From Geopsychrobacteraceae bacterium (GTDB lineage Bacteria > Desulfobacterota > Desulfuromonadia > Desulfuromonadales > Geopsychrobacteraceae): a stretch of 64,000 nt of DNA. Shown here in pieces: positions 42,741 to 52,210 of the stretch (position 1 is the stretch's first letter; each line of letters begins with the position of its first letter). The position numbers and the translations under genes were made by a program. Under the pieces are notes generated by a model. It was not told the origin of the DNA. It searched no databases and saw nothing but the letters and a program-made list of their open reading frames with translations. The DNA lies in assembly GCA_963676795.2 (NCBI GenBank), contig CAXXTB010000002.1, positions 832,001-896,000 on the forward strand, written 5' to 3'.

Positions 42741-43240
42741 TATTCTACGATTGTGGCCTTGACGATGATGACCGGATCCTTCGGAACATCCTGGTGCATC
42801 CCCTGGTTGCCGGTTTTGACCTTGGCGATCTCATCAACGACATCCATCCCATCGGTGACCTGGCCGAAAACAGCGTAACCGTAGGCATTAGGAGAGGTTC
42901 CCTGGTGGTTGAGGAAATCGTTGTCAACCAGGTTGATGAAGAACTGACAGGTCGCGCTGTCAACAACCTGGGTTCTGGCCATGGCGATGCTGCCGCGCAC
43001 GTTTTTCAGACCGTTGGTCGCTTCATTCTTGATCTCGCCCTTGGTCTTTTTCTGGGCCATCTGGGCAGTAAAACCGCCGCCCTGGATCATGAAGCCGGGG
43101 ATGACGCGGTGGAAAATGGTCATGTTATAGAAGTCATCGCGGACGTAAGACAGAAAGTTTTCAGCGCTGATCGGTGCGTTTTCCGTGTCGAGAGCGATGA
43201 CGATGTCACCTTTGTTGGTTTCAAGTTTTACACTGCTCAT
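42740..43240 (-). CDS. ppiB: Cyclophilin-type peptidyl-prolyl isomerase
   Basis: [31 protein letters not shown]; no signal peptide. Confidence 0.92.
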   Translation of the reverse strand: MSSVKLETNKGDIVIALDTENAPISAENFLSYVRDDFYNMTIFHRVIPGFMIQGGGFTAQMAQKKTKGEIKNEATNGLKNVRGSIAMARTQVVDSATCQFFINLVDNDFLNHQGTSPNAYGYAVFGQVTDGMDVVDEIAKVKTGNQGMHQDVPKDPVIIVKATIVE

Positions 43241-43322
43241 GCTTATCTCCTATGAGGCATTTCTTATTGGAAACGGTCGGGCAATTCGAAGGGGCTATAA
43301 TGCCCTGACAGATAAGGAGATT

Positions 43323-45512
43323 TCAAGCCTGTTTTTGCGCGGGGACCTGGCCCTGTTCAAGCATCGTGGTAAATTCAGCGTTGGCAACCGGTGGACTGAA
43401 GTAAAAGCCCTGGTAGAGTTCACAGCCTTTTTCTTCGAGAAATTCGAGCTCGTAGCTGGTTTCAACCCCTTCGGCGATAACTTGCAGGTCGAGGTGACGG
43501 GCCATTGAAATGATGGTATCGACGATGGCAGCGTCGTTGGCGTCGTGTTCAATATCACGCACGAAGGACTGGTCTATTTTCAGGATGTCGAGCGGCATTT
43601 TTTTCAGATAGGCGAGTGAGGAATAGCCGGTGCCAAAGTCATCGATCGACAGCTCGATACCGAGTTTTTTGAGCCCTTCCATTTTCTTGATGGTATCGAC
43701 AATGTTGTCGATGACCATCCCTTCGGTCAATTCCAGACCGAGGCTGTAGGGATCGGCACCTGTTTCGCTGAGGATCTGCTGAACATGTTGGATAAAGTTC
43801 GGCTGGCGGAACTGGCGAGGGCTGACGTTGACCGCCAGATGACTGACATGCAGTCCCAGATCGGCCCAGTCGCGCAGATGAAAGCAGGCATTGCGCAAGA
43901 CCCATTCGCCGATCGGCAGGATCAGCCCGGTCGCTTCCGCGATCGGGATAAAAATTCCCGGCGAGATGAAGCCTTTTTCCGGATGTTTCCAGCGCACCAG
44001 GGTTTCCGCGCCGATGATCTCGCCCCTGCTGTTGACCTGGGGCTGGAAATAAAGCAGCAGCTCGTCGCGTTCAAGCGCGTGGCGTAACTCTTTTTCGATG
44101 GCCAGCCTGGTGTCTGCTGCGGCCTGCATATCGGGCAGGAAGAAGCGGATCGTATCCCGACCGTCATCTTTGGCCCGGTACATGGCGGTATCGGCAAAGC
44201 GGAGCAGATCATTGCCCGTCTCGTTGTCATCATTATTGTTCGGGAAAATGGCGACTCCGATACTCGGTGTTATGTGCAGCTCGTGGCCGGCGATCTGATA
44301 ACGGGTGCCGAGGCACTCGCGGATCGCCTCCGCCTTATGCTGTGCAGCTATGGAGGCCTGTTCCTTGTCATCGCCCAGGTCGGAGAGGAGCATGACAAAT
44401 TCATCACCGCCCAGACGGGATACCGTGTCTTCCTGGCGCAGATCGCGGATCAGGCGTTGCGAAACTTCTTTGAGCAGAGCATCACCGACTGGGTGACCGA
44501 GGGAGTCGTTGATATTTTTGAAGCGGTCGAGATCCAGATAGAGCATCGCGCCATAGCGGTTGTAGCGTCGCGCTCGCGACAGGTTCTGGTCGAGCCGGTC
44601 AAGCAGCAGGCGCCGGTTCGGCAGCTCGGTCAGGGCATCAAAATAGGCCAGATATTCGATTCTTTCCTCGGCCAGCTTGCGCTCGGTGATATTGCGCACG
44701 GTGGCGCAGACCTTGGGACTGCTGCCGGTTTGGAAACTGGCATTGATGGAGCAGGGGATCTGGCCGTTCTGTGGTGTCCGTAAGGACAGCTCATAGTCGC
44801 TGACATGATCTTCGTTCTGGAGCAGCTCGAGCAGCATGCGGCAGTCCTCATCTTCAGCAAAAAAGTTGGTAAACTTTTGCCCGATCAGGTCTTCACGGCG
44901 GTAGTCGGAAAAATGGGAGATTGACGGACTGACCTCAAGCAGCGTGCCGTCCATTTCCATTTCCAGGTAGACGTCCTGCAGGTTTTCAAAGATGGAACGG
45001 TATTTTTCCTCGCTGTTTTTCAGCTTCAGGTGAGAGCTGTTGAGCTCCTTGATCGCTTTCTGAAGGGCTTCCGTTCTTTTGGTGACTTCAACTTCAAGAT
45101 GCTCCTGGTAGGCCTGGTTTTCGGCGAGCAGACGCGAGCGTTCCAGGGCCTGGTTAATGGCATGAATCAGCACCGACATGTCCTGAATCGGTTTCAGCAG
45201 GTAATTCCAGGCCCCTTTGCGTATCGCTTCAATGGCATCACCGATGATCCCTGTGCCGGAAACAACGATCAGGGGTGTCTCGGGTGATTCCTTTTGAATC
45301 GCTTCCAGGACATCAAGACCATCGACACCGGGCATGCGCAGGTCGCAAAGGACAAGGTCCGGATGCTGTTGGCGGAAAATTTCCATCCCTTCAGCGCCGT
45401 TACCCGCCTCGATGACATCGAAATCGTAGTCCTCCAGAAACAGCTTGAAGCTTTCCCGTATTGACTCCTCATCATCAATTGTCAGAATGACCGGATTTTT
45501 GCGACGATTCAT
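43323..45512 (-). CDS. REC-PAS-GGDEF-EAL c-di-GMP signalling protein
   Basis: REC (IDDE, CDLRMP, LKP), PAS, RQED I-site + GGDEF, ETL variant of EAL, DDFGTGYSS, AEGVE. Confidence 0.93.
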   Translation of the reverse strand: MNRRKNPVILTIDDEESIRESFKLFLEDYDFDVIEAGNGAEGMEIFRQQHPDLVLCDLRMPGVDGLDVLEAIQKESPETPLIVVSGTGIIGDAIEAIRKGAWNYLLKPIQDMSVLIHAINQALERSRLLAENQAYQEHLEVEVTKRTEALQKAIKELNSSHLKLKNSEEKYRSIFENLQDVYLEMEMDGTLLEVSPSISHFSDYRREDLIGQKFTNFFAEDEDCRMLLELLQNEDHVSDYELSLRTPQNGQIPCSINASFQTGSSPKVCATVRNITERKLAEERIEYLAYFDALTELPNRRLLLDRLDQNLSRARRYNRYGAMLYLDLDRFKNINDSLGHPVGDALLKEVSQRLIRDLRQEDTVSRLGGDEFVMLLSDLGDDKEQASIAAQHKAEAIRECLGTRYQIAGHELHITPSIGVAIFPNNNDDNETGNDLLRFADTAMYRAKDDGRDTIRFFLPDMQAAADTRLAIEKELRHALERDELLLYFQPQVNSRGEIIGAETLVRWKHPEKGFISPGIFIPIAEATGLILPIGEWVLRNACFHLRDWADLGLHVSHLAVNVSPRQFRQPNFIQHVQQILSETGADPYSLGLELTEGMVIDNIVDTIKKMEGLKKLGIELSIDDFGTGYSSLAYLKKMPLDILKIDQSFVRDIEHDANDAAIVDTIISMARHLDLQVIAEGVETSYELEFLEEKGCELYQGFYFSPPVANAEFTTMLEQGQVPAQKQA

Positions 45513-45698
45513 TGACTCCAGGATCCCATAGGTTTTTAGAATTGTTGTTGAGATTATAGCGTAGATCTATGTTAGCTCACCAATTATGGCTTGTCGAATG
45601 TGATTAGTCAAATTTAATTGTTGCTGAACTCAGAATAAGTGAAAGATTTCAACAGGCTTTGGCTATGGATCGATGTAAAGACAGCTTCGGCTGAGGGT

Positions 45699-45715
45699 CT
45701 GGCACCTTTCGTGCT
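45699..45715 (+). promoter_or_regulatory. Sigma-54 -24/-12-like motif with no sense gene downstream
   Basis: CTGGCAC-CTTTC-GTGCT (GG-N10-GC spacing). Confidence 0.4.
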
Positions 45716-45776
45716 GTGACGCGTAGAGCAGGGCAGGCGCACGGGGCTTTACACCGTTTTTCTCCTTCAGGCGTAA

Positions 45777-47015
45777 CTACTGAACCATCGCCCTGATTGT
45801 TTTCTCTGTCTCGGCCTTGAGGATTTCAGTCGCTTCGTCGTTCAGATAGAATCTGGTGGCGTATTCCGCGTCCAGGTGGCGCTTGCTCCTTTCTGCGGAG
45901 CAGTCATAGTTGAACTGATAGCAGAGCAGATTGGCGACATGGACGGCAATAACGATGTCCTTGTCCGTCGGTGTCGACTGTGGCGCATGGTGCCAGTGGT
46001 TGGTATTGACGATAAATGAGGGGAGCGCCCACCATTCGGTCAGAAAAGCACCGATCTGCGCATGAGTCGCTTTGTAGGTTGCCAGTTCTGCATCGCAGAG
46101 ACTGATACCGTTGGTCAGGCCTTTGCCGATGGCCAGCTCGAATTGTTTGCTCAGGTAGTAGCCGAGAACCAGCTTGCCACAATCGTGGAGCAGGCCGGCA
46201 ACAAAAGCGCGGTCCTGCATCTCGCTGTCATTTGGCCAGAGCGACTTGATCAGCAGGCGGGAGATGACAGCCGCCGCCATTGAGTGTTTTTTGAACTTGT
46301 TCAGGTCGAACCCGTTGATGGTGGGGAGCTTCTGGGTTATGGCCCGGTTGATTGTTTCAGACAGGACCAGGTTTTCAACGATTCTGGTGCCCAGGACGAT
46401 GATGGCGCGTTTGACCGTATCGACCTGAAAACGCTGCCCGAACAGGGCTGAATTCGCCCAGCGTAACAGGGTTGCCGACATGGCGACATCCTGGCTGATG
46501 AACCCGGCCATCTTTTCAATGTCAACCTCGTCTCCTGTTATGCAGGCCCGTACATTCGCGTAGCTTTCCGGGATGGCCGGAAGCAGCGGCAGGGTGTTGA
46601 TCAGGCGCTGAAAGTCTGCGCCGTACTTTTTCTGCTGGTTCCTTTGGCGCAGAGCACTGTGGATGATTTCCTTCAGCTCCTGATCGATCCAGGGTTTCGG
46701 AATGATCTGCTGAGTGATTCCCCTGGCCAGAGCTGCGATCGTTTTCGGTTCTTCGGCATAGGCGGTCAGAAACAGACGGATACAGTCAGGGTAGCGGTCA
46801 CTGACGTAGGAGAGCAGCTGGATACCGTCGCCGTTATCCATGACGACATCGGCGAGCACGAGGTCGATCTTCTGTTCGTCAAGAATCGTTTTTGCCTGGG
46901 CCATGTTCGAGGCGAAATGGCAGGTCCAGTCTTCATCCTGGCAGAGTTGCATCAGCATCTCCAGGATGCCGGTTTCATCATCAACAAAAAGGATGTGGCT
47001 TGCGTTGTCGTTCAT
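45777..47015 (-). CDS. Response regulator with HDOD output domain
   Basis: REC (FVDDE, LADVVM, PKPW) plus HDOD (LPAIP, LLRWANSALFG, AGLLHDCGKL, THAQIGA..WWALP). Confidence 0.92.
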   Translation of the reverse strand: MNDNASHILFVDDETGILEMLMQLCQDEDWTCHFASNMAQAKTILDEQKIDLVLADVVMDNGDGIQLLSYVSDRYPDCIRLFLTAYAEEPKTIAALARGITQQIIPKPWIDQELKEIIHSALRQRNQQKKYGADFQRLINTLPLLPAIPESYANVRACITGDEVDIEKMAGFISQDVAMSATLLRWANSALFGQRFQVDTVKRAIIVLGTRIVENLVLSETINRAITQKLPTINGFDLNKFKKHSMAAAVISRLLIKSLWPNDSEMQDRAFVAGLLHDCGKLVLGYYLSKQFELAIGKGLTNGISLCDAELATYKATHAQIGAFLTEWWALPSFIVNTNHWHHAPQSTPTDKDIVIAVHVANLLCYQFNYDCSAERSKRHLDAEYATRFYLNDEATEILKAETEKTIRAMVQ

Positions 47016-47125
47016 AAGGTTTTTGCGCCTTTTAATTCATTTCAAAAATAAGTGCAGCAATCTGCTTCACCCGGGGCGTGCCGGGCTGCGGATAGCTCAT
47101 TTCTTTCCAGTTTAGCGAACTATTG

Positions 47126-47806
47126 CTACATGCGTGAGTAACCGCGAGTTTTTTTGCGAGAAATCTTGCCGATCAACCAGCCACCAAAGAAGACGGCCGC
47201 CCCGGCGAGGAACCACTGAATCATGTTCGAGCGGTGAAAATCCTGATTTTCAGCCCGCAGAACTTCAAGCTCCCGGGTTATCTGTTCGTTGCTGGCGATC
47301 AGTTGTTCATTCTGTTCTGTCACTTCCAGGACGTGCTCCGAGCGCTGAGTCAGATCGTCCAGGGCCTGCTTTGTCGTCTCCAGCTGTTGGCGGGTGTCGC
47401 TCAGTTCCGTGGTCAGGCTGGCGACCTGGGCCTTGTATTCACCGGTCGTTCCCAGATCCTGCTGATAGAACGCTTTCTGTTTGTCCAGATCCTGCTGCAG
47501 TGCAGCGACCTGATTCTCCAGGCGTTTGATAAGCGTCGATTTCGGGGTGTCTTTGGTCAGATACTGTTTCAGGATAAAGCCGACCGTTCCCTTGGGCGTT
47601 TTGCCGCGGACGAAGGTTTTATCCTGGTCCAGAACCTCAATCGGAGTGTCGGTCTGGACAGTTTCCAGGACGTTGTAGTTGTTTGACCTGGAATCCCGGA
47701 CGGTGATGACCAGGGTGTCGGAAACGTAGAGAGTTTCTGCGCCTGCCACACTGGCCAGGATCAGGATCATTGTCGCGGCGGACAGTAAACGGGCTGGGAA
47801 AGCCAT
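47126..47806 (-). CDS. SH3-domain membrane-anchored protein (YgiM/TIGR04211-like)
   Basis: Signal peptide, ETLYVSDTLVITVR, coiled coil, C-terminal TM WFLAGAAVFFGGWLIG and basic tail. Confidence 0.85.
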   Translation of the reverse strand: MAFPARLLSAATMILILASVAGAETLYVSDTLVITVRDSRSNNYNVLETVQTDTPIEVLDQDKTFVRGKTPKGTVGFILKQYLTKDTPKSTLIKRLENQVAALQQDLDKQKAFYQQDLGTTGEYKAQVASLTTELSDTRQQLETTKQALDDLTQRSEHVLEVTEQNEQLIASNEQITRELEVLRAENQDFHRSNMIQWFLAGAAVFFGGWLIGKISRKKTRGYSRM

Positions 47807-48058
47807 CAGTCAACCTCTTTTCATCTTGTTCATTTGAGTAACATCGCATATCAGTTGCCGATACTACTCGGAGAATGTTCCTAATTCAAGTTTGATTCGG
47901 GAACATGGCCAGTTTTATTGAAATAATTCCATTTCCTTTGTTCGATATTGAATGTTTTTTCCGATCTGTTCGGGGATTATTTTTCCACTGGGCAGACAGG
48001 TCCGCGGGAACGAGGTATAGTGTCATATCCTTGTATTTACTTCGTATGGAGGCCGTAA

Positions 48059-48565
48059 ATGTTCAGATCTTTTATCTTTTTAGCATTGTTTCTGGTTATT
48101 TTGAGTGGTTGCAGTGGAAGCATGACAAAAATTTCTGAAGCGGACAGGCTGGTCAGGATGGATCGACAGGTCGCTGGTCTGACTCAGGAGCAGATTTTCT
48201 TCGGAACGCTGGAATGGATGGAAAAGAATTTCACCCAGAGCAAGAATCCTGTCAGTATTTTTGATCTTGATGGGGGACGGATTGTCGGTTCCGGGCAGAT
48301 CGATTACCCCTGCAGGCTGCTTGGCTGTATCAATAAAAAGGGCTGGAAGGTTGTCTTCGACATGCAGGTTGACGCCGGTCGGGAACGGCTGCAGACAACC
48401 TTCCGGCGCATCGCTTTGACGTCGCCTCCTTCAGGACAGCGGGAGGATTCGCAGACCGGGATGCGTTCCCCGGTCTGGTCGAAAGCAGACATGGACTCGA
48501 TCCGCCCCTTACTGGAACAGCTGAATAACGATCTGCTCCGGAGTTTGCTGCAGGTCCGTAACTAG
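48059..48565 (+). CDS. Hypothetical lipoprotein (DUF4468-like)
   Basis: Lipobox LSG|C, GGAGG RBS; family call is by eye. Confidence 0.6.
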   Translation: MFRSFIFLALFLVILSGCSGSMTKISEADRLVRMDRQVAGLTQEQIFFGTLEWMEKNFTQSKNPVSIFDLDGGRIVGSGQIDYPCRLLGCINKKGWKVVFDMQVDAGRERLQTTFRRIALTSPPSGQREDSQTGMRSPVWSKADMDSIRPLLEQLNNDLLRSLLQVRN

Positions 48566-48662
48566 AAATCGTCTTCAGTGCTGGAAAAGGCTGCGATTTT
48601 TAAAAGGAATGTGGTAGTATTCGCGCCGTTTTTGAAAACTATTCAGCTTTGGAGATTTCTAC

Positions 48663-49670
48663 ATGAAACGAGATTTAGCTCTGGCCTTTTCACGGGTGAC
48701 AGAGGGGGCTGCCCTCGCGGGTTATAAGTGGCTTGGCCGCGGCGACAAGAATGCTGCAGACGGTGCGGCTGTCGAGGTGATGCGCTGCCTGCTCAATAAA
48801 ACTGAAATCAGCGGTGAAATCGTCATCGGCGAGGGGGAGATCGATGAAGCACCGATGCTCTATATCGGTGAGAAGGTCGGTCTCGGTGGCGATGAGGTCG
48901 ATATCGCAGTCGATCCGATCGAAGGAACGCGCATGACCGCTATGGGACAGTCGAATGCACTGTCGGTGCTGGCGGCAGGCGAGAAGGGGAGTTTTCTCAA
49001 AGCTCCCGATATGTATATGGAGAAACTGGTTGTCGGTCCGGGTGCCAAAGGGGTCCTCGATCTTGACAGGCCACTGGCCGAGAATCTGAAGAATATTGCG
49101 GTGGCCCTGAATAAATCCCTTCAGGAGCTGGTCGTCATCACCCTGGCCAAACCGCGCCATGACAAGATGATCACCGACATGCAGCAGATGGGGATCAAGG
49201 TCTTTGCCATGCCGGACGGGGATGTTGCCGCTTCGATCCTGACCTGTATGCCGGACAGTGAAGTCGATGTCATGTACTGTATCGGCGGCGCGCCCGAGGG
49301 GGTGGTTTCTGCTGCGGTGATTCGCGCTCTGGGTGGTGACATGCAGGGGCGCCTGTTGCCGCGCCACGAGGTCAAAGGGGACAGCGCTGAGAATCGTGCC
49401 CACGGTGAACTGGAACTGAAGCGTTGCGCCGAAATGGGGGTCGAGGCCGGTAAGGTGTTGAAGATGGAGGACATGGCCTGCAGTGACAACGTGGTTTTCT
49501 CGGCAACCGGGATTACCAAGGGGGACCTGCTCGAAGGGGTGACCCGCAAAGGCAATATCGCTACCACAGAGACCCTGGTCATCCGCGGCAAGAGCCGCAC
49601 CATCCGTCGTATCAAGTCGATTCACTATCTGGAACGCAAGGATCCGGAAGTCTGCGAGATCATCCTCTAA
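48663..49670 (+). CDS. glpX: Class II fructose-1,6-bisphosphatase
   Basis: VIGEGEIDEAPML, VDPIEGT, APDMYM, PDGDV, GGAPEGV. Confidence 0.97.
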   Translation: MKRDLALAFSRVTEGAALAGYKWLGRGDKNAADGAAVEVMRCLLNKTEISGEIVIGEGEIDEAPMLYIGEKVGLGGDEVDIAVDPIEGTRMTAMGQSNALSVLAAGEKGSFLKAPDMYMEKLVVGPGAKGVLDLDRPLAENLKNIAVALNKSLQELVVITLAKPRHDKMITDMQQMGIKVFAMPDGDVAASILTCMPDSEVDVMYCIGGAPEGVVSAAVIRALGGDMQGRLLPRHEVKGDSAENRAHGELELKRCAEMGVEAGKVLKMEDMACSDNVVFSATGITKGDLLEGVTRKGNIATTETLVIRGKSRTIRRIKSIHYLERKDPEVCEIIL

Positions 49671-49671
49671 C

Positions 49672-49701
49672 AAAAAAGGCCGCCAGCGCGGCCTTTTCTT
49701 T
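49672..49701 (+). terminator. Intrinsic terminator after glpX
   Basis: AAAAGGCCGC-cagc-GCGGCCTTTTCTTT. Confidence 0.8.
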
Positions 49702-49743
49702 ATTTTAAAATATTAATCAAAACTCCGCATTGCGGAATTTTTC

Positions 49744-50129
49744 CGGTTCTGCCCATTAGGTGAGCGGAGCTCACCGTGGGGCGTGTTTTCAGTTGCTGGC
49801 CCAAAACTACGAAGAAAATACTAACAATCTTCGTCAGCATTAAAAGGCTGCTTTTTGCATCCTTTTTGTCAGCCTTTACAAAAAAGATGGCGACGTACGG
49901 GGGCGCGACCCCGTGTTTTTGATCTTCTAAAACAACATCAACAAACATCAAAGTCAGAACCGGCGGGTCTCGTCCCGCCAGACGACTTCCTTTCCTTTGA
50001 TCGCAAAGGAAAGGAAGCAAAGGAAACTTTTTTATAACGACCTGAGCTCCTCCTGTCTTCTCTGATCCCTCCAAGCCAGCATAACGGAACGCGCCCCAAG
50101 ATGAGCAAGCTCATCAACGGGCAGAACCG
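49744..50129. repeat. ~390-bp element of two diverged ~190-bp hairpin-rich units in inverted orientation
   Basis: 11-bp terminal inverted repeat CGGTTCTGCCC/GGGCAGAACCG; each half carries three equivalent hairpins in the same order. Confidence 0.75.
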
Positions 50130-50141
50130 AATTACTTTATT

Positions 50142-51677
50142 TCAATTCAGATCGACAAGAATGCTTTCCGGTTTGGTCAGGCCGGACACTTTCAGACAGA
50201 TCTGCTCCTCTTCGGGGGTGAGGGGATCCGCTTTTTGCATCTGCAGGGCCAACACCTGCTCATCGGCATCGGAAAAGCGGTCCGGTGCTGTTTTTCTGGC
50301 CTGTAAACGTTGCTTCAGTTCCGCCCTGTCCGCGGGAAAATCGAGAATGGTCATCGGCGTGTTCGTTGCTGCAGCCAGGCAGCCGAAGCGTTGCCTTTCT
50401 TTCATGCTGATGAAGGTGGCGTCGATAATGACGTTGTATCCTGCTGATAGAATGCTGTCGGTCTGCTGGGCCAGGTACTCATAGACCGCTTCTCGGCTTG
50501 TGTCGGAATAGAGTTCCTCGCCGTTTATGGCCCGCTTACCAAGCTGTGCCGTAGTCCTTTTCCGCTCATGATCTGAATGGAGACAGATCGCTTTGATAAG
50601 CGGGGCCAGCTGCCGGGTGAAGGTTGTCTTGCCCGAACCGCTGAAACCGTGGGTGAGAATCAGGCGCGGGCGAGGGGGCTTCAGGTAGCTGGTGGCCAGC
50701 TCGAGATAGCTGACGAACAGCTCGTGGAGTTGGTCTCTGTCCTGTTCTTCAGGCTGCTGGCTGAGCTGTAGGGCACAGACCTTGGCCCGCACCATGGCCC
50801 GGTAGACCAGGTAGAAATTCAGCCCTTCCAGTCCGGCGAAATCCCCGGTTTCCTGCAGGTAGCTGTCGAGAAAGGTCCAGGCCAGCTGCTCTTGGCCACG
50901 GTCGTCGAGATCCATGATCAGAAAGGCGATATCATTGAAGGTGTCGATGATTCTCAATGATGGGTTGAACTCGATACAGTCAAAAAGGACCGGCTTGTTG
51001 TCGATCCAGGCCATGTTGCGCAGGTGCATATCGCCATGACACTCCCTGATCGCAGCGGAAAGCCTGCGTTTTTCAAAAAACTGCTGTAACTCCTCACCCC
51101 GTTTTCTGCTCCACTGTTCCAGAACCTCCAGACGTTCGAGCTGTTCCTTGGCGTCCGTGATCTTTCTGATCTGGCAGAAATTGTTCAGGACCGGCTGCAT
51201 GATGGCCTCGTAGCTGCCGAAACTACGCGTCGGCGGCGCCGGGGCCGAGGTGCTGTGGAATTTGGCGATTTTTTCGGCAAAGGCGGTCAACTGAGCGGAT
51301 GACAGATGCTGCTCGGCCAGCAGACGGTCAAGTTGCAGGCGCTGGTCGAAACGCTTCATTTTGACCAGATAATCGATGGCTGGCGTCTGCCCCAACAGTG
51401 GATTTTTTTTATCCCCGCCAATCGGGACGACGTCCAGATAGAGATCCGGGGCAAAGGCGCGGTTCAGGCGTAATTCTTCTCGGCAGTAAAAATGGCGCTT
51501 GTCGAGGGTCGAAAAATCGAGGAATCCGAGGTCGATCGGCTTTTTCAGTTTGTAGGCGTAGTCGCCGGCCAGAAAAATCCACGAAATGTGGGTTTCGATG
51601 AGTTCAACCCGACCCACAGGATGATCGTAGCAGGCCGGGTTAAGCAGTTGGTTTACCAATGAAGCCAGTCCTGTCAT
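50142..51677 (-). CDS. Bifunctional aminoglycoside-phosphotransferase-like / AAA_33 P-loop kinase
   Basis: ETHISW..YKLKKP..FLDFST, ECHGDMHLRN, FDCIEFN, HGFSGSGKT, IIDATF. Start at ATG 51677; the ORF-track TTG lies within the -35 box. Confidence 0.88.
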   Translation of the reverse strand: MTGLASLVNQLLNPACYDHPVGRVELIETHISWIFLAGDYAYKLKKPIDLGFLDFSTLDKRHFYCREELRLNRAFAPDLYLDVVPIGGDKKNPLLGQTPAIDYLVKMKRFDQRLQLDRLLAEQHLSSAQLTAFAEKIAKFHSTSAPAPPTRSFGSYEAIMQPVLNNFCQIRKITDAKEQLERLEVLEQWSRKRGEELQQFFEKRRLSAAIRECHGDMHLRNMAWIDNKPVLFDCIEFNPSLRIIDTFNDIAFLIMDLDDRGQEQLAWTFLDSYLQETGDFAGLEGLNFYLVYRAMVRAKVCALQLSQQPEEQDRDQLHELFVSYLELATSYLKPPRPRLILTHGFSGSGKTTFTRQLAPLIKAICLHSDHERKRTTAQLGKRAINGEELYSDTSREAVYEYLAQQTDSILSAGYNVIIDATFISMKERQRFGCLAAATNTPMTILDFPADRAELKQRLQARKTAPDRFSDADEQVLALQMQKADPLTPEEEQICLKVSGLTKPESILVDLN

Positions 51678-51715
51678 GGTCAGCTCCGGTAAAGCAAATG
51701 AATCGCTTTCTTTCA

Positions 51716-51743
51716 ATTGTATAAAAGAGCGTCCAGAGGTCAA
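51716..51743 (-). promoter_or_regulatory. Putative sigma-70 promoter of the APH/AAA gene
   Basis: Minus strand TTGACC-N16-TACAAT. Confidence 0.55.
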
Positions 51744-51763
51744 GTATATGGCGGGTCAATTTT

Positions 51764-52210
51764 TTAGCCGGGGTTGTCGAGAAAATGAATCGCAGCATCG
51801 AGTGCCAGGCTTATGGCGTTTCGGGTGTCCGCGCTGAACTGCTCCCCGTGGTCGAGATTGACGGCTCTGAGGCTGAGCAGCCATGCCTGACGTGGTTGCC
51901 GGTAGAGCGTTGCGCTCATCGCCAGCAGCCAGTGCGGGCCGTACTGGTGGGTGACCGACTGCGTTTCTGCGGCCCGATCACAGAGTGGCGTGAAGAGGAA
52001 CGGGACCTGTTGATCCCGTTTGGCATCGACAAACAGAACTTTGTCGATCTCCGGGTGAGCCAGCTGTTCAACCATTTCCGGCAGCAGCTGGTGCTCACAG
52101 ATAAATTGCGCAGCAGACTCAGGGAGCCTGCTGCGCAGTTGGTTTACAAAGCCGGGACCTGCGCCGTCATCACAGCGCAGGCTGTTGCCGTAGCCGATGA
52201 TCAGCCACAT
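51764..52210 (-). CDS. hoxW: Hydrogenase maturation protease
   Basis: IGYGNSLRCDDGAG, HQLLPE, LFVDA, TH; directly after hoxH. Confidence 0.9.
   Translation of the reverse strand: MWLIIGYGNSLRCDDGAGPGFVNQLRSRLPESAAQFICEHQLLPEMVEQLAHPEIDKVLFVDAKRDQQVPFLFTPLCDRAAETQSVTHQYGPHWLLAMSATLYRQPRQAWLLSLRAVNLDHGEQFSADTRNAISLALDAAIHFLDNPG

Noticed and set aside
43323..45512. Hypr-type cGAMP synthase
   Set aside because: The guanine-binding Asp is retained (NDSLGHPVGD), so it reads as an ordinary diguanylate cyclase/EAL hybrid.
47050..47080. Sigma-54 promoter for the REC-HDOD gene
   Set aside because: TTGCT is present on the minus strand but the -24 GG is not at the required spacing.
49700..50074. 124-aa and 60-aa ORFs, or a CRISPR array, in the glpX downstream region
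   Set aside because: The ORFs lie inside the palindromic element and lack coding character; there are no regularly spaced direct repeats and no cas genes.
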